A stretch of DNA of 64,000 nt, taken from assembly GCA_002269645.1 (NCBI GenBank), contig NIVC01003382.1, positions 36,420 to 100,419 on the forward strand. The letters run 5' to 3'. Made by a program: the position numbers and the translations under genes. This DNA is from Macrostomum lignano (taxonomy: Eukaryota). Below, one piece after another: positions 41,801 to 53,277 of this stretch. Position 1 is the stretch's first letter, and each line of letters starts with the position of its first letter. The notes beneath the pieces were generated by a model that was given only the letters and a program-made list of their open reading frames with translations, was not told the origin of the DNA and searched no databases.

Positions 41801-44225
41801 GTGTCAGGGTTGTCAAACAGTGGTTGTGTCAGGGTTGTCAGTGTGGTTGTGTCAGGTTTGTCAGACAGTGGTTGTGTCAGGGTTGTCAGTGTGGTTGTGT
41901 CAGATGGCTGGCTCATGTTGCCTGGACAACTTTTACAGGGTGATTGTGTCTAAGAGATCCCGCCAGACTGCTTTACTTCCAATAATTTAATAAACTTGAC
42001 TATAAAAGTACAAAACACACTTAATACCGATCGCAGTAAGTTATTCTACCAACCCAGTAATATCGAGAGTGTAGCCGCCATAGTCGTAGAACTGGCGCAT
42101 GAGGTGGCAAGCGGACAGGTAGGCAATGGCAAATATGCAGGCGGCAAACCTGGCATAGCGCCTATCAGCATAGAGCATGATTAGCAGGCAGACTGTGCCC
42201 TGGAACAGCACATGCAGTATTTGACTAAAAAACGAATGGCAATTGAGCGAGGCTCGTTTCAGGATGCAGTGATTGAATTATTGATAAATATTGGTTCCAA
42301 CTCACTGTCCAAAGCAGAACAGACAGAGCAGGCAGCCAACTACAAAAGACATGGCATATCTGGCCATATTGGAGCTGCCTGGCTCTGCAGCAAAGTACTT
42401 TTGAAATGGCCTGCCAAGTGCGATGGCTACTAGCTGGCAGACAATGAAGTTCAACTAAAATATTAATTAGATTAGCAATGTCTTATGGCATTCACAAAAA
42501 TCAATATCTGAATGCAATAATACCAAAGAATAATTTTACAAGCTACAAGTATCTAAGGTATAAAATTGCATTTACAAGCAATTTAGACACTATTTAATAT
42601 GATCAACTGTCCTTTCATAATGTTTCTATCTTGTAGATGAACATTTGAAAATTTGAAAAAATAAAATCAAGATTTAATTTTTATGCTATATAACTTGCTT
42701 ATTAAATAGAATTTTTTGCAATTATGAGCAATCCAACAAACTTATTGAATGGTCTCATGACTTTAAACTAAAAATTGCAAGGCAATAGCTAGCTTTATAG
42801 CATGTTTTCATTATTATTTTTTGTTATTCTTATTATTATTATTGCATACACATCACTTTCTATACCCACATAGCACTTTAGGCAAGTTCTATTCTTTTAA
42901 GGTATCCTTGGTCTTATAGTCCTCATTATTTTATTGGCTAATATATGGTTTGCTAATTTAAACTATGATAGGTGTATACCTTAATTCTATATTGGAAATT
43001 TCTATGGATATTTTGGTTGATTAATACTATTTGGAGTTGTAGTAAGTAGTTTTGCTCTGCAGAGTTCTCTACTACAAGGCAGCAAAACAAATGACACTCT
43101 AAATTATGTAGTATACACCTAAAAATTTATATGCCCAAAAATTATTGCAATATCTTTGAATGTCAAAAATAAATGTGCATACTTGGCATGCATCAATCCT
43201 AAGAAAATAGTAGATGTGCACACCTTGTATGCACCTTGAAGAATCACATAGAAAAGCTAATACTAAATAAAAAACAATTTAAAAAGTTTAATTTAAGCAT
43301 AAATTTCAAGCTTTTCAAGCTTTTTAGGTCTTGAAAGATTATATTAAAGTATTGAACAAATCTTTCTGTGTATCATTTTTGCTATAAATAATATAAGCAA
43401 AAAAAGCCAAAAAAATTAACCAAATTATTAGCCAAAAAAGTTTTTTATACTACTAAAAAGATTATTTTTTGTTGTATTATAAAAAGGTCATTTATTATTG
43501 CAATATTAATATCAATTTAAGAGTGTGAGCAGTCAATCAATTTTTTGGCATGTATTTATAATTATTCAATTTTTTTAGGCATGTACCTAGCATGATCCAG
43601 ACTATGGGCTAAAATTAGGATGCATGTTTTCACTTTTAAACATACATACGCAACAATTGGCCAAGTTGGCCAATCTGGCTAACCAATTTGGTGGCCAACC
43701 AAGGAAGTTGCAAAAATTCCCACCAAAAAACCCAAGTAGAACTAAGTAGCTAACAAGGCATTCTGACTTAATGAGACAGTCATAGTTATTCCTGCTGTTT
43801 ACCCAAAGTTGCGTTAATTTTGCTTTAGGGTTTTCTTACATGTAAGTTGCATTTTTGGCCAAAAACTAAGTCGCATAGCTGACCAAATTTTGGAGGTTGC
43901 ACATGTATGCCTTTAAAGAAAATTTAAATCCCTAGAATTAAGGATTAAGATAGGGTTAGGATGATAAAGGCTAAATTTAAGATGAATGTTTTCACTTTTA
44001 ATGTGAGGCAAGCTTTCAAAACCCTAGAATCAGGGACTCAAGCAATAAAGACAAGAATGTTTAATACTATACTAGTATCTGCAACTAGTAAATATTTATA
44101 TTATCAATTTATGCAAAAACCATTAAAAACATCTGTTTGAAATTTAAACTTACCTTGTCTACAGTCAATCCAGTATACGGTACAAATGGTGACAACAAAT
44201 AACTACCTGAATAGAAATCAGACAT
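35872..44225 (-). CDS. MBOAT1/2: Membrane-bound O-acyltransferase, MBOAT1/MBOAT2 (oysgedart-like) lysophospholipid acyltransferase, 11 exons, 508 aa
   Basis: Exons 44225-44154, 42454-42306, 42224-42054, 41422-41231, 41140-41008, 40162-40039, 39445-39347, 37752-37646, 37556-37356, 37041-36890, 35998-35872; phase-consistent (1527 nt). Motifs MSDFYSGSYLLSP...VDKLNFIVCQ, YDYGGYTLDITGPLMISTQRLSTLAFNIHDG, LVGPFVFY, RYYFAWSLG, NWNISTVHWLR, catalytic-His segment SATWHGFYPGYY. Confidence 0.92.
36045..36678. repeat. 31-bp minisatellite in MBOAT last intron
   Basis: Unit gttcaccgatccccatgtcactgggcacacc; period 31 verified. Confidence 0.95.
36680..36886. repeat. 27-bp minisatellite starting at about +3 of the MBOAT exon-10 donor
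   Basis: Minus strand: GT|aagtgacactggtgaattgtgtgtgtct then agtgacac(t/g)ggtgaattctgtgt(a/g)tct repeated. Confidence 0.9.
37118..37311. repeat. 28-bp minisatellite (about 7 copies) in MBOAT intron 9
   Basis: Same unit and orientation as 34945-35092. Confidence 0.93.
37810..39235. repeat. 26-bp minisatellite in MBOAT intron 7
   Basis: Unit tgtggtgatttccttgtgatgatttc with shorter variants. Confidence 0.96.
39665..40005. repeat. 16/17-bp degenerate minisatellite in MBOAT intron 6
   Basis: Unit ccttcacaatcccca(a). Confidence 0.9.
40365..40925. repeat. 20-bp minisatellite in MBOAT intron 5
   Basis: Unit gttgctatgaggatgatg(t/c)c; homogeneous near the donor, degenerate distally. Confidence 0.93.
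41465..41950. repeat. 33-bp minisatellite (degenerating) in MBOAT intron 3
   Basis: Unit tgtgtcagagaggggcgacttttccggggtggt; period 33 verified. Confidence 0.92.
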
Positions 44226-47200
44226 ACTAAGAAGTAAGAACTTTGAAAATGATAAAAATGGTATTATTATAAAGGTAACACAGAAAAACTGGACAGATAA
44301 GAATCATTCAAATAGATTCTAATAGAAGAACTGCAAGATTTTCTGCTTGTTCTTAGGCTTCAAGAATTAAAATTTTTATCCTAGACTACCTATATAGTAT
44401 CTACTTTTAAAGGTAATGTTCGAATTAGGCCTAGAAATAAATTTCTATTTCTAAGGCCTATCTAGAATTTCTAAATTTCTGAAGGGTTTGCAAAAAATCT
44501 TAATATTTTGTCGATTAACAAGGACGTTAAGACTTTATTTGAGACCTAGAGAACAGAATTGCTATTGCTTTCATGCATGCATCACCATTCGCGCTTTAAC
44601 TTTTAAACCATGTCAGATGATGGGTCGTTCGCAAATTCTAGGAGGAGCAAAAATTTTAACAATTTTCCGAACATTTACTATTGTTACTGCCATATTGAAA
44701 ATAATAGGACACTTTTATCTGTGAATAAAGATAATTTTTGGGTTGAACTTTATCAAGCAAAAGTGTTTTTAATCATCTGGCGGTATTAAGCGATAATTAG
44801 CGATGAAAAAATTCAAATTCAATCATTTCACCGATGTTAATTTTTGATAGTACAAGATGTCCGTAGCTAAAAAAAGTTGTTGTTGTGTTGAAACCTTGCT
44901 ATATTACATTTAAAATGAAAGCTTATATAAATTTAATTTAAGATTTTTTAAAAGCTTAATAAACTGCACTATAAATTATTTTATAGACGCTTAACTGTAC
45001 GCCTAGCATTTCCTGTGGGATAGCCTCTTCTCATCTCACAAAATGTATTTTTCAGCTGACGTCTAGAATGTGCGCTTAAAATGATACATTTTGATGCAGA
45101 TAATTAGAAAAACATGTCTTATTATCTTTTTGTAAAAAATTGTTATGAAATAGAGCACTATTGTTGATAATAATAATTAAAAGCAACCATGCATCGCAAT
45201 AAACTCCTACTTTGAAGCACAAAATAAATATCCTGTAACCACACTAGCATTCTCCATGGAGCACCTTTTGAGCTGAAATTTTACACAGATATCCAGTAAA
45301 GTAAACTGAGCAAATGATTTTTTTTGTTTTTGAAAATACTTCAATTTGGCTATGTATCAGTTAGTTCATTGGACATATTTATTATATTTTTATTAGAATC
45401 CTTGTAACCAAGCTACAGAGAAACATGTGCAAAACTGGACCTTGAAATTTGACCTGAATGATCAGCAAATGTGTATCTCGAAATGATTTTTTTTGTTTTC
45501 ATCAAGTCATTCTATTGTAATTTTTTCTGAAGGGAAAGATACCATATATTTAAAGTCAATAGGAGAAGCATTTAGACTTATTCAATAGTCATTAAAATTG
45601 CAACTATATTATTATAATATAGTAATAATATTATACATGTATTATATAGTAATATTAACTTCTAAGATGCCCTTATAAATTTAAGTAAAGACAACAGGCC
45701 TTAATTAATTAATCAGCATTTTGAAGAAACTGACCTTATACAGATGGGCCCCAAGCTAAGAAATGAATGTAGAGCTTATTTCGTGTAAGGTATAAAAATC
45801 AATTTATTATAATATTAAATACTCCTAATAAATTGGTTAAATTAGTTATTTACCTTGAATTAATTTAGTTTAATAATTAAATATATAAATTTGTTTCACT
45901 TCTTACTGCATTTAAATAGAGTACCTCTCTACTATACTATAGAAGTATAGTAAAAGTATATGGTAAAAAAGTATAGTAAAAAATTTTCCTTGGTTTAATC
46001 CCAGCTTGCCTCAGTTTTTTAGTCTTAATACGAGCCAGATAGTAAGTGTTGATTAATTTGCTCCATCACCTTTTGCCACGGAAACAGCACATGTCGGACA
46101 TGCAACACTCTTCCTGATCCCTGGATTCAAGATGACTGCTTCTGCTTCTTCAATGCTTGAAAACTGAGCTCATGGAGCTTTAGGTTTTGCTGTCAGAGTG
46201 CTGCTGCCGGTGCTGTGTGTGTATGTGTGTGTCTTCTGTGGGTAGGTTCCCTGTCCCTCAGTTTAGCCACTGTTGTGGGCTAACTGGAGGAATTGCCGTT
46301 GTCGGTGCTGCAGGTGGCACTGCATGGTAGTATTGACGCTGTCAGTGAAGCTGGCAAGGCTTGGACGAAGCTAGGTGCCGTCATTGTCAGGAGGACATGC
46401 GTGTGCTGCTTAGACCAGTGCGCACATTCGACTGGACTCATATCTGGTGCAGTCTGGTGTATTCACTGAGATTGTGTGGATCTGCCTCCTCGCATCACCT
46501 CAACCAGGCTCAATTTCTTTTGTAGAATTTTCGTGCGCTGCTTAACTGCATCTTGTGCCTGCTGAGTGATGCCAAGAATTGTGCCACACAATAATTTGGC
46601 CCATAAACTACTCGTATATTATACATATGTATGCACAGCACACACATACGCAGTTCATTCATATTAAATGTACTAGTTAATGGAATTCTCATCTCATGAG
46701 CTCTAGTCTATGGACAAACCTGAAATTACTAGAATATCTAGATGGATCTAACCTTATTTGAGCAGCGCGCTGCGCTGCGAGCAAATACATGTAGATTCCT
46801 TAGCGCAACTAATTAATAGTGTAGTACAGTCTACAGCCTGAAGTAGCCTGTGTAAGATGCGGAGGGATGATTTTTGCATAGGAAGCCACTACGGTAAGGT
46901 TGATGGAACTATGGGGAGGTGAGAGATTCAAAGCGAGGGACGGAAGCCATGCATAGTTCGATCATAAGTTTGATTATTGCATGAGTCTGGGGATGCATTA
47001 ACGAGAGGCGGACGAGAGCATAGAAATAAAGCGGGCTAAATATATTAATACACAAAATTACATGTACTAGCTTGTAATTTCAGAATGGTCAGCGACTCCT
47101 CCGATTTGGATCCGCGACCGCGTGCCCACAAATCCCCCGGCAGACCCTGTCGCAGTTGGTGGTTGTGCACAGAATACAATGTTAATTTTCGAGCTTCTCT

Positions 47201-48855
47201 GCAAAAAATGCGTGATGCACTCAAGATGCGTGCTAAAGTCTACTTCTTTGATTGATGGCTGGGTTTTGCCTTTTCGCTTGTGATCATCAAAAGCTTGGGC
47301 GTCATTGCTACTGGTGTTTGAGTGTGCGCATTATGTCTGGTTATCATATTATGTGCATGTGCAGTGTCTTTTACCTACATTTTTGTTTGTCTCTGTTTCC
47401 TGCATGCTCTTTCGCATTTTTACACCTCGCACATCCTCATTTTTCTCAATTAACAAGTGAAATCTTTTCTTAAAGACTAATTGCTATTTTAGTTAAGCTA
47501 GTAGGTTTTTGGTAATTAAATAATTCAATTTTGTCTATTTTCCAAAAAGTTTCAAAAAATGAATTAATTAAAATAAATTTGAATTATTTTAAGTTAATTG
47601 GAGTAAAATGTCTAATAAGTAACTATAATTTTTTATTTTAAGTACATGTAGCTTTGGTATAAGTATTAATGTAATAAGTACTTAAAGTAAAATCAAGCAA
47701 GTTATAGTTTTCAGAAATTATGCTGCAAATAATCAAATATATACTAGAATCCGAATTCCTTTATTAAGGAACATGCAGTTGATATTAAATCCACAATGTG
47801 CTTTTTGGTGTTCAAGGATAGTTCCCTGACTTTTTCTATTATTAGTTAGATTTTATTATATTTAATGTAAAAATGAACAATTCTATTCACCGTGAAAATG
47901 AACATTCTTTATTTGTCGAATCATCTTGACTTTGAAAAGATACATAGTGAAAACTTGATTTTTAATTCAACCTTTCAAGACTTATTTAGACTTCTTAATT
48001 CAGTGATTAATTAAACTGATCGAAGTCCTTTCGAGTGCATGCTATAATAATTTCGCACTTTTTCGCACACGATAATTTTAAATGTCTGGGATTTAGAGCA
48101 GAGTAACAAAATGCTGTGCTCAAAAACATTTCCTTTGTCAATTTCTTGTTCTTTTATTTTTGCAAAAGAAATTTAACTGCATATTTAAAATAAAAATAGA
48201 AGAAAATTTTATTTTCTCTTTAATATTTTTGTCGTTTATTTTCCGCAACAAAGAATAACAAATAGCCTTGATTTCTTCTCAATTTCAAGTTTTCTTGTGG
48301 TTTTAGTAGCAGCTTCTTACAGAAATTGTCGAAATAATTTTTTTTGTACGATTATTGGTCGATGTATAAACTTTTTTTGCAATAACAAAAAGTTGTGACC
48401 TAGCTTTGAGAACGACCCTGATGCGCATTTAAAACTGATGTAAGGTACATAAATTCAATCGGTATCGTTATTTCTAAAATTAAAAGAGAAAAACCGTATG
48501 CAACCCATTCTTATTTTAAATTTTAAATATTTTATACCTTTTTGCAACATTTCTTACAGAAGCCTTCTACAGAACTGAATTATAAGTACATAATTTGTTT
48601 ATGTACAGTGGCTGGTAAGCTTGATAATTTGCGAATCCAAAACCTGCGCCGCTGGGCGCAGTAAGCGTACTTGACGCTGAAATTTCCTCGGATAAGATGC
48701 CACAGCCTGTCAAATAATTTATAATCAAAATAATTCTAATACGAGTGTATAGAAGCATTTTCTATTAAGCATCTGAGTATTTCTACAGTCGTGTTTGTCT
48801 TAATTACATGTACGTGTATACTACATGAACATTAGGTCATTTACTGCTCCTTGTA

Positions 48856-50071
48856 CACCATTTTACCTCCTATTTTGAACAAAGTCTTGTTCAGAAGAAA
48901 CAAGCAGAACTTCAATTCAAACACTTTAAGAAATAACAGCCTTTGTGGAACTTCAATTCAAACAATTAAAGTCCCTTTCTATTGAAACAGAAGAACTTCA
49001 AATATTCAGACTGTCTGTGGCCCAAATTGTCCCCGAATGACGCGCATGCGCAGATTTGAAATTCAAAAGAAACAAAGTCACATTCTATTTCGACAGAGAT
49101 TTTTGCACATACATTTAGATACGAAAGTACATTTTTAGTACATTAATCTAATTTTTTGTTTTTCCTGTACTGCATAACTGTACAATCGTTGCGCAATAAG
49201 AAACGATATGAATGCTGAAGATCAGATTGAAAAAGACGATCAATTGCTGGAAGAAGGGGGAATCGGTGAATTTAAAGCAGAATTCGATGAAGATATCATG
49301 GAACAGCAGCCTCGGCAGTACGCAATTGTAAGCAACAGTGACAGAGACCGTATCATCAGGGCTGCTGATCGTAGATGACTTTGTGGAACTGGCGCGCCAA
49401 CTTGGAGTCAAGAGGTCAACAGCGTACACGATTGTGAGGTCAGGGAGAGCGGAAAAGCAGCCTACGAGATTCCGGACTCCATTCAGGTCAAGCGGCTTCC
49501 ACCATTTTGACTCCTGTGGAGAACTTAATCTCCTGTTGGAAGGCCGCTCTGAAGAGAGCAGACCAGCAAAATTTTATCGCTCCGATAGTTGAGTAGCACC
49601 GCAATCAGTCGATGGCGGCCTATCGGCGAGACATTCTGTACAGCATGGTGGACAGAACCATTGGCTGCATCTCTGTGAACAAATGCATTGAGTGGTTCAA
49701 CCATGTGTTTACATGCTTCGCTCGCTGCCTTGGCAACTGATGGTCAGGTGTCTCAAGTTGGCCAACTGACACTGTCTTATTCCTGTTTTTCATTTTACTC
49801 TTATGTTCGTCGATATGTTGTATTTTATCCCTTTGTCGAAATAGAATGTGACTTTGTTTCTTTTGAATTTTAAATCTGCGCATGCGCGTAATTCGGGGAC
49901 AATTTTGGCCACAGACAGTCTGAATTGAATTTCTTCTGTTTCAATAGAAAGGGACTTTGTTTGAATTGAAGTTCCGCAAGCGCTAATATTTCTTAAAGTG
50001 TTTGAACTGAAGTTCTGCTTGTTTCTTTTGAACAAGACTTTGTTCAAAATACCATAGGAGGTAAAATGGTG
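48856..50071 (+). mobile_element. Tc1/mariner-like non-autonomous element with about 240-bp TIRs
   Basis: TA|CACCATTTTACCTCC ... GGAGGTAAAATGGTG|TA; long inverted arms about 48856-49095 and 49835-50071; internal HTH remnant DFVELARQLGVKRSTAYTIVRSG (about 49376-49445); no catalytic DDE/D region. Confidence 0.85.
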
Positions 50072-50739
50072 TAGAAGCCATGTAAGCAAAATGGAGCTAC
50101 TATCTCACATAAAAATTTATGTTTAACAAGTATCTATGGTATAAATTATATTAATTTTCTAATAAGCATTAAACATCAAAAGTAAAACAAATTATGTATT
50201 TGCGTTTAAAATATACACGTAATAAAATTATATAACCATGAGGTATTTCCATGTACATGTATGAATAATTTATCTCTCAATTTATAAGCTATTTTCATAT
50301 CATTAGTAAATTAAGATCTTATAATGACTAACGATCCTACGACTAACGAACTAACGATAGTTTAACGAAATGGTGATTACAAATAGGTCCTATAAGAAAA
50401 CGAATCAAGCTAACCTTATCGTTTAAGTAGTACACACAGGAAGCAAACATGAAAAACAGCACATTTACATGTACAGAGAGAACATGGTTTATTGCAGAGA
50501 ATCTAAACAAGTAATAGTGCTATTATAGCATGCAAAACAATGGACACAATACTGTAAATACTGTGTACCAAAAGTATACAAATATTGAATACAAATATTC
50601 AACTACAATACTGAAACAATATTTATTCAATCTATGCAATATGTCACTACTTGTATTTTCACGCTGAAATGACTGTCCCAGTCTTAAAGCGACTTAGTAA
50701 AAGTGGAGTACAGGAGGATATCAATGCCCCACAGCGAGT

Positions 50740-51546
50740 TCACTGTTCATTAGCCTTCTCTGTTTCCATGGGAACGTCTTTCAGCTGCGGCTGCTCCCGA
50801 GCTGCCGGAGCCTCGAACGGCGCCTCGATGCACAGTCGGCCATCGTGGCTGAGCTTGCTCACAACCTGGTCCAGCTTGGTGCCGTCGGGCAGCTGGTAGA
50901 TTCGCTCCAGCCGCTTGTGGACCCGCTGCCCGCCGGCCTCCTCCTTGTGCTCCGCCTCCACCAGAACGCAGTCGCCCTGCTGTCGCACGCGAATCTCGTC
51001 CGGCTTGAACTCGCGCACCGACAGCTCCGCCTTGAACCGCTTGCTGCCATCGTCCGCCTCCACCAGCTGGCCGGACCCCTCAGACTGCAGGTCGCCTCGC
51101 AGCAGGCCGCGCAGCTCGTCCCACACGGAGTCGCCCTGCGGTTTCTGCTGCTGCTGCTGCTGCTGCTCCTGCTGCTCCTTGAACGGCGCCTGCAGCACCA
51201 GCATGCCGTCCCGGGTGAAGCCGCTGTTCAGCTTCTCTGCGTCCACTTCCTCCGGCAGCTCCACCGTCCGCTTCACCTCCGTCACGTCCTCGCCGTTCTC
51301 CAGCCGCGCCACCACCCGCACCTTCCGCTCCTCCCGCTTCACCGACACGTCCTTCGGCGAGAAGCCGCGAAGGTCCACAGTCCGGCTCCACTGACGCGGT
51401 CGCCTCGGACCTCTGTGCCGCAGCAGCTGCACCAGCGGGTCATACTCCGGCGTCAGCCAGTCGTCCAGCTCGCTCATGGCTGCCACGAGCGGCAGAGAGT
51501 GCGAGAACGGCGTGTACACGTTGCTCGGTGCGATCCACAGAGACAT
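50740..51546 (-). CDS. Small heat shock protein with two alpha-crystallin domains, 268 aa (copy 2, inverted paralog of 647-1459)
   Basis: Near-identical to copy 1 (differences include N/D, T/A and a 2-aa shorter Q linker); intact ORF from ATG 51546. Confidence 0.93.
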   Translation of the reverse strand: MSLWIAPSNVYTPFSHSLPLVAAMSELDDWLTPEYDPLVQLLRHRGPRRPRQWSRTVDLRGFSPKDVSVKREERKVRVVARLENGEDVTEVKRTVELPEEVDAEKLNSGFTRDGMLVLQAPFKEQQEQQQQQQQKPQGDSVWDELRGLLRGDLQSEGSGQLVEADDGSKRFKAELSVREFKPDEIRVRQQGDCVLVEAEHKEEAGGQRVHKRLERIYQLPDGTKLDQVVSKLSHDGRLCIEAPFEAPAAREQPQLKDVPMETEKANEQ

Positions 51547-51668
51547 GCTTGCTGTGTCGCTTGTAAATGATAGAGTTTGGCGATTGATTCGCTTTGCTTG
51601 AGATTGCTTTGCTTGCGGTTGCTTTGTGTGCTCGAATCCTGCCTCACTCTCGGATCCAGCTGTCTCGC

Positions 51669-51739
51669 TTTTATAGACTGGCACTGAGGAAGCTTCTCGA
51701 ATTTTCTTGCCCACTGACTCATTCTGGAAATTTCTAGAA
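51669..51739 (-). promoter_or_regulatory. Heat-shock promoter of sHSP copy 2: two 4-unit HSEs, AP-1-like site, TATA box
   Basis: TATAAAA 51675-51669; GAAaaTTCgaGAAgcTTC 51706-51689; TTCtaGAAatTTCcaGAA 51739-51722; TGAGTCA between them. Confidence 0.9.
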
Positions 51740-53277
51740 ATCGAGCCGCCTACCCAAATTTAGACAGCAAAATGTTCATATTTCTACTGCTAGTGAAAAA
51801 ACGTGTACAAAAATATATACTTTATACTATTTGTAAGTTTGATTTTTAACCTCCCGATGAAACTAAAATTATGTATGTATTATCTTTCAAACATAGCAAG
51901 TTTAAACAAAATAGCAAAAAGTGAAACCATAAGTATAGTCAGCTATAACAATATTTTCGGCTGTTTAAATCCCTAAAGCTGTTTATTTTCAATAATATCA
52001 TCATAATTAAACTTAATTTGTCTTACACATACAATTCAAAGCCTTTAACTAGCCAAACAGAGCACTACGGACGCACAATTAAAGCATGGGCAGCTTTGCT
52101 ATTAAGTCACTAAACATGAATGCTGGTAGCAAGGACTTAAAGTTACCGTAAGCTCACTATAGTTAAAAAGCTCGAGCCAGAAGTAAAACTATGTACAAAA
52201 AATGACATCAGCTGCCAGGAGTTTTGGAATTTTGCGAGCGTTTAGCTTATGTGTTTTTCCATGGATAAATTTATAGGTTTCTCTGAGATGCGGCGATGGG
52301 AGCTTAGGGCCCTCCTAGATCAGGATGCAGAATCCGCATTAGAGATGCGCAGGCAAGTTAATTGTCATTAACAGGCAAAGAGAGGGGTGGGGAGTTATCT
52401 AAGCTGAGAATAAATTGATAAACGAATAACAGGATGCCAGACGGAACCTATTGCGGGCTGGTATAGTGTACTATGTAGTAATGACCAATGCCGCACAAGC
52501 AGACTCAAAAAAGCAGTAATTGGAATTACGGTTTAAAATAGCTTACTGCAGAAGGCGAATTACAATACAAAGACGCCATTAAAGTGATTATTGACGATGC
52601 AAACCAAATTTCTGTTAAGACGTTTGAGAGGGGTTTGCAATTGTCTGACAATTCGATGGGGCTTATTTAAAAAAGCAGTTGGTTACTTACGACAGGAAAT
52701 TACGTAGTTTACTATACAAATAGAAACTGTTAGAAGATGATATATGTTACAGATTGACTGGGCAAAACTTTATGATATCCTTATGAGTCCTTGCTCCATG
52801 GATGGCAAGCAAAATCCCTATGGCTATGTGAACATTCGAGAAGAAAACAATGAACTTCTAAAACCTGTCACTGTAGCTCTCTAAATACTATCTATATGAG
52901 ATATATCCAGAATTATAGTCAATTATAGTGCAATATCCAAAGGTCAGTAGCCTTTGACGTAGTTATTGGTAACACATCAAAGCTGTTTGAGTTTTACAAA
53001 AATGCCCCCCCTCAATGTCGCTTGAATTTGGAATTCTATGAAAACCGATAGAAACGCACAGCAAGCTTGCTAATTGTCTGCATCAGTACTCCGTAAAGCC
53101 CATTAACTACTTGTACGATTGCATCCTAAAACCAAGAGCTGGCAAAGATTGCTCCAAGATACACTTACTTATGTTAAAGCTTTAAGCTGTTGTTGCTATT
53201 TTGCAATTCTAAGAATCTAAAATTTTAAACTGCGTGAGTCAAGTCAGCCGCATATATTTCGAACTCGGCGCTGCATC

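Noticed and set aside
46050-46590. Coding-like GC-richer patch on the minus strand
   Set aside because: Multiple stops in all frames and no family motif I can name; probably a TE remnant.
52400-53250. Short protein-like fragments (IKVIIDDANQISVKTF, YGYVNIREENNELL) as a viral or Maverick relic
   Set aside because: Fragments are too short and broken to assign without a profile search.
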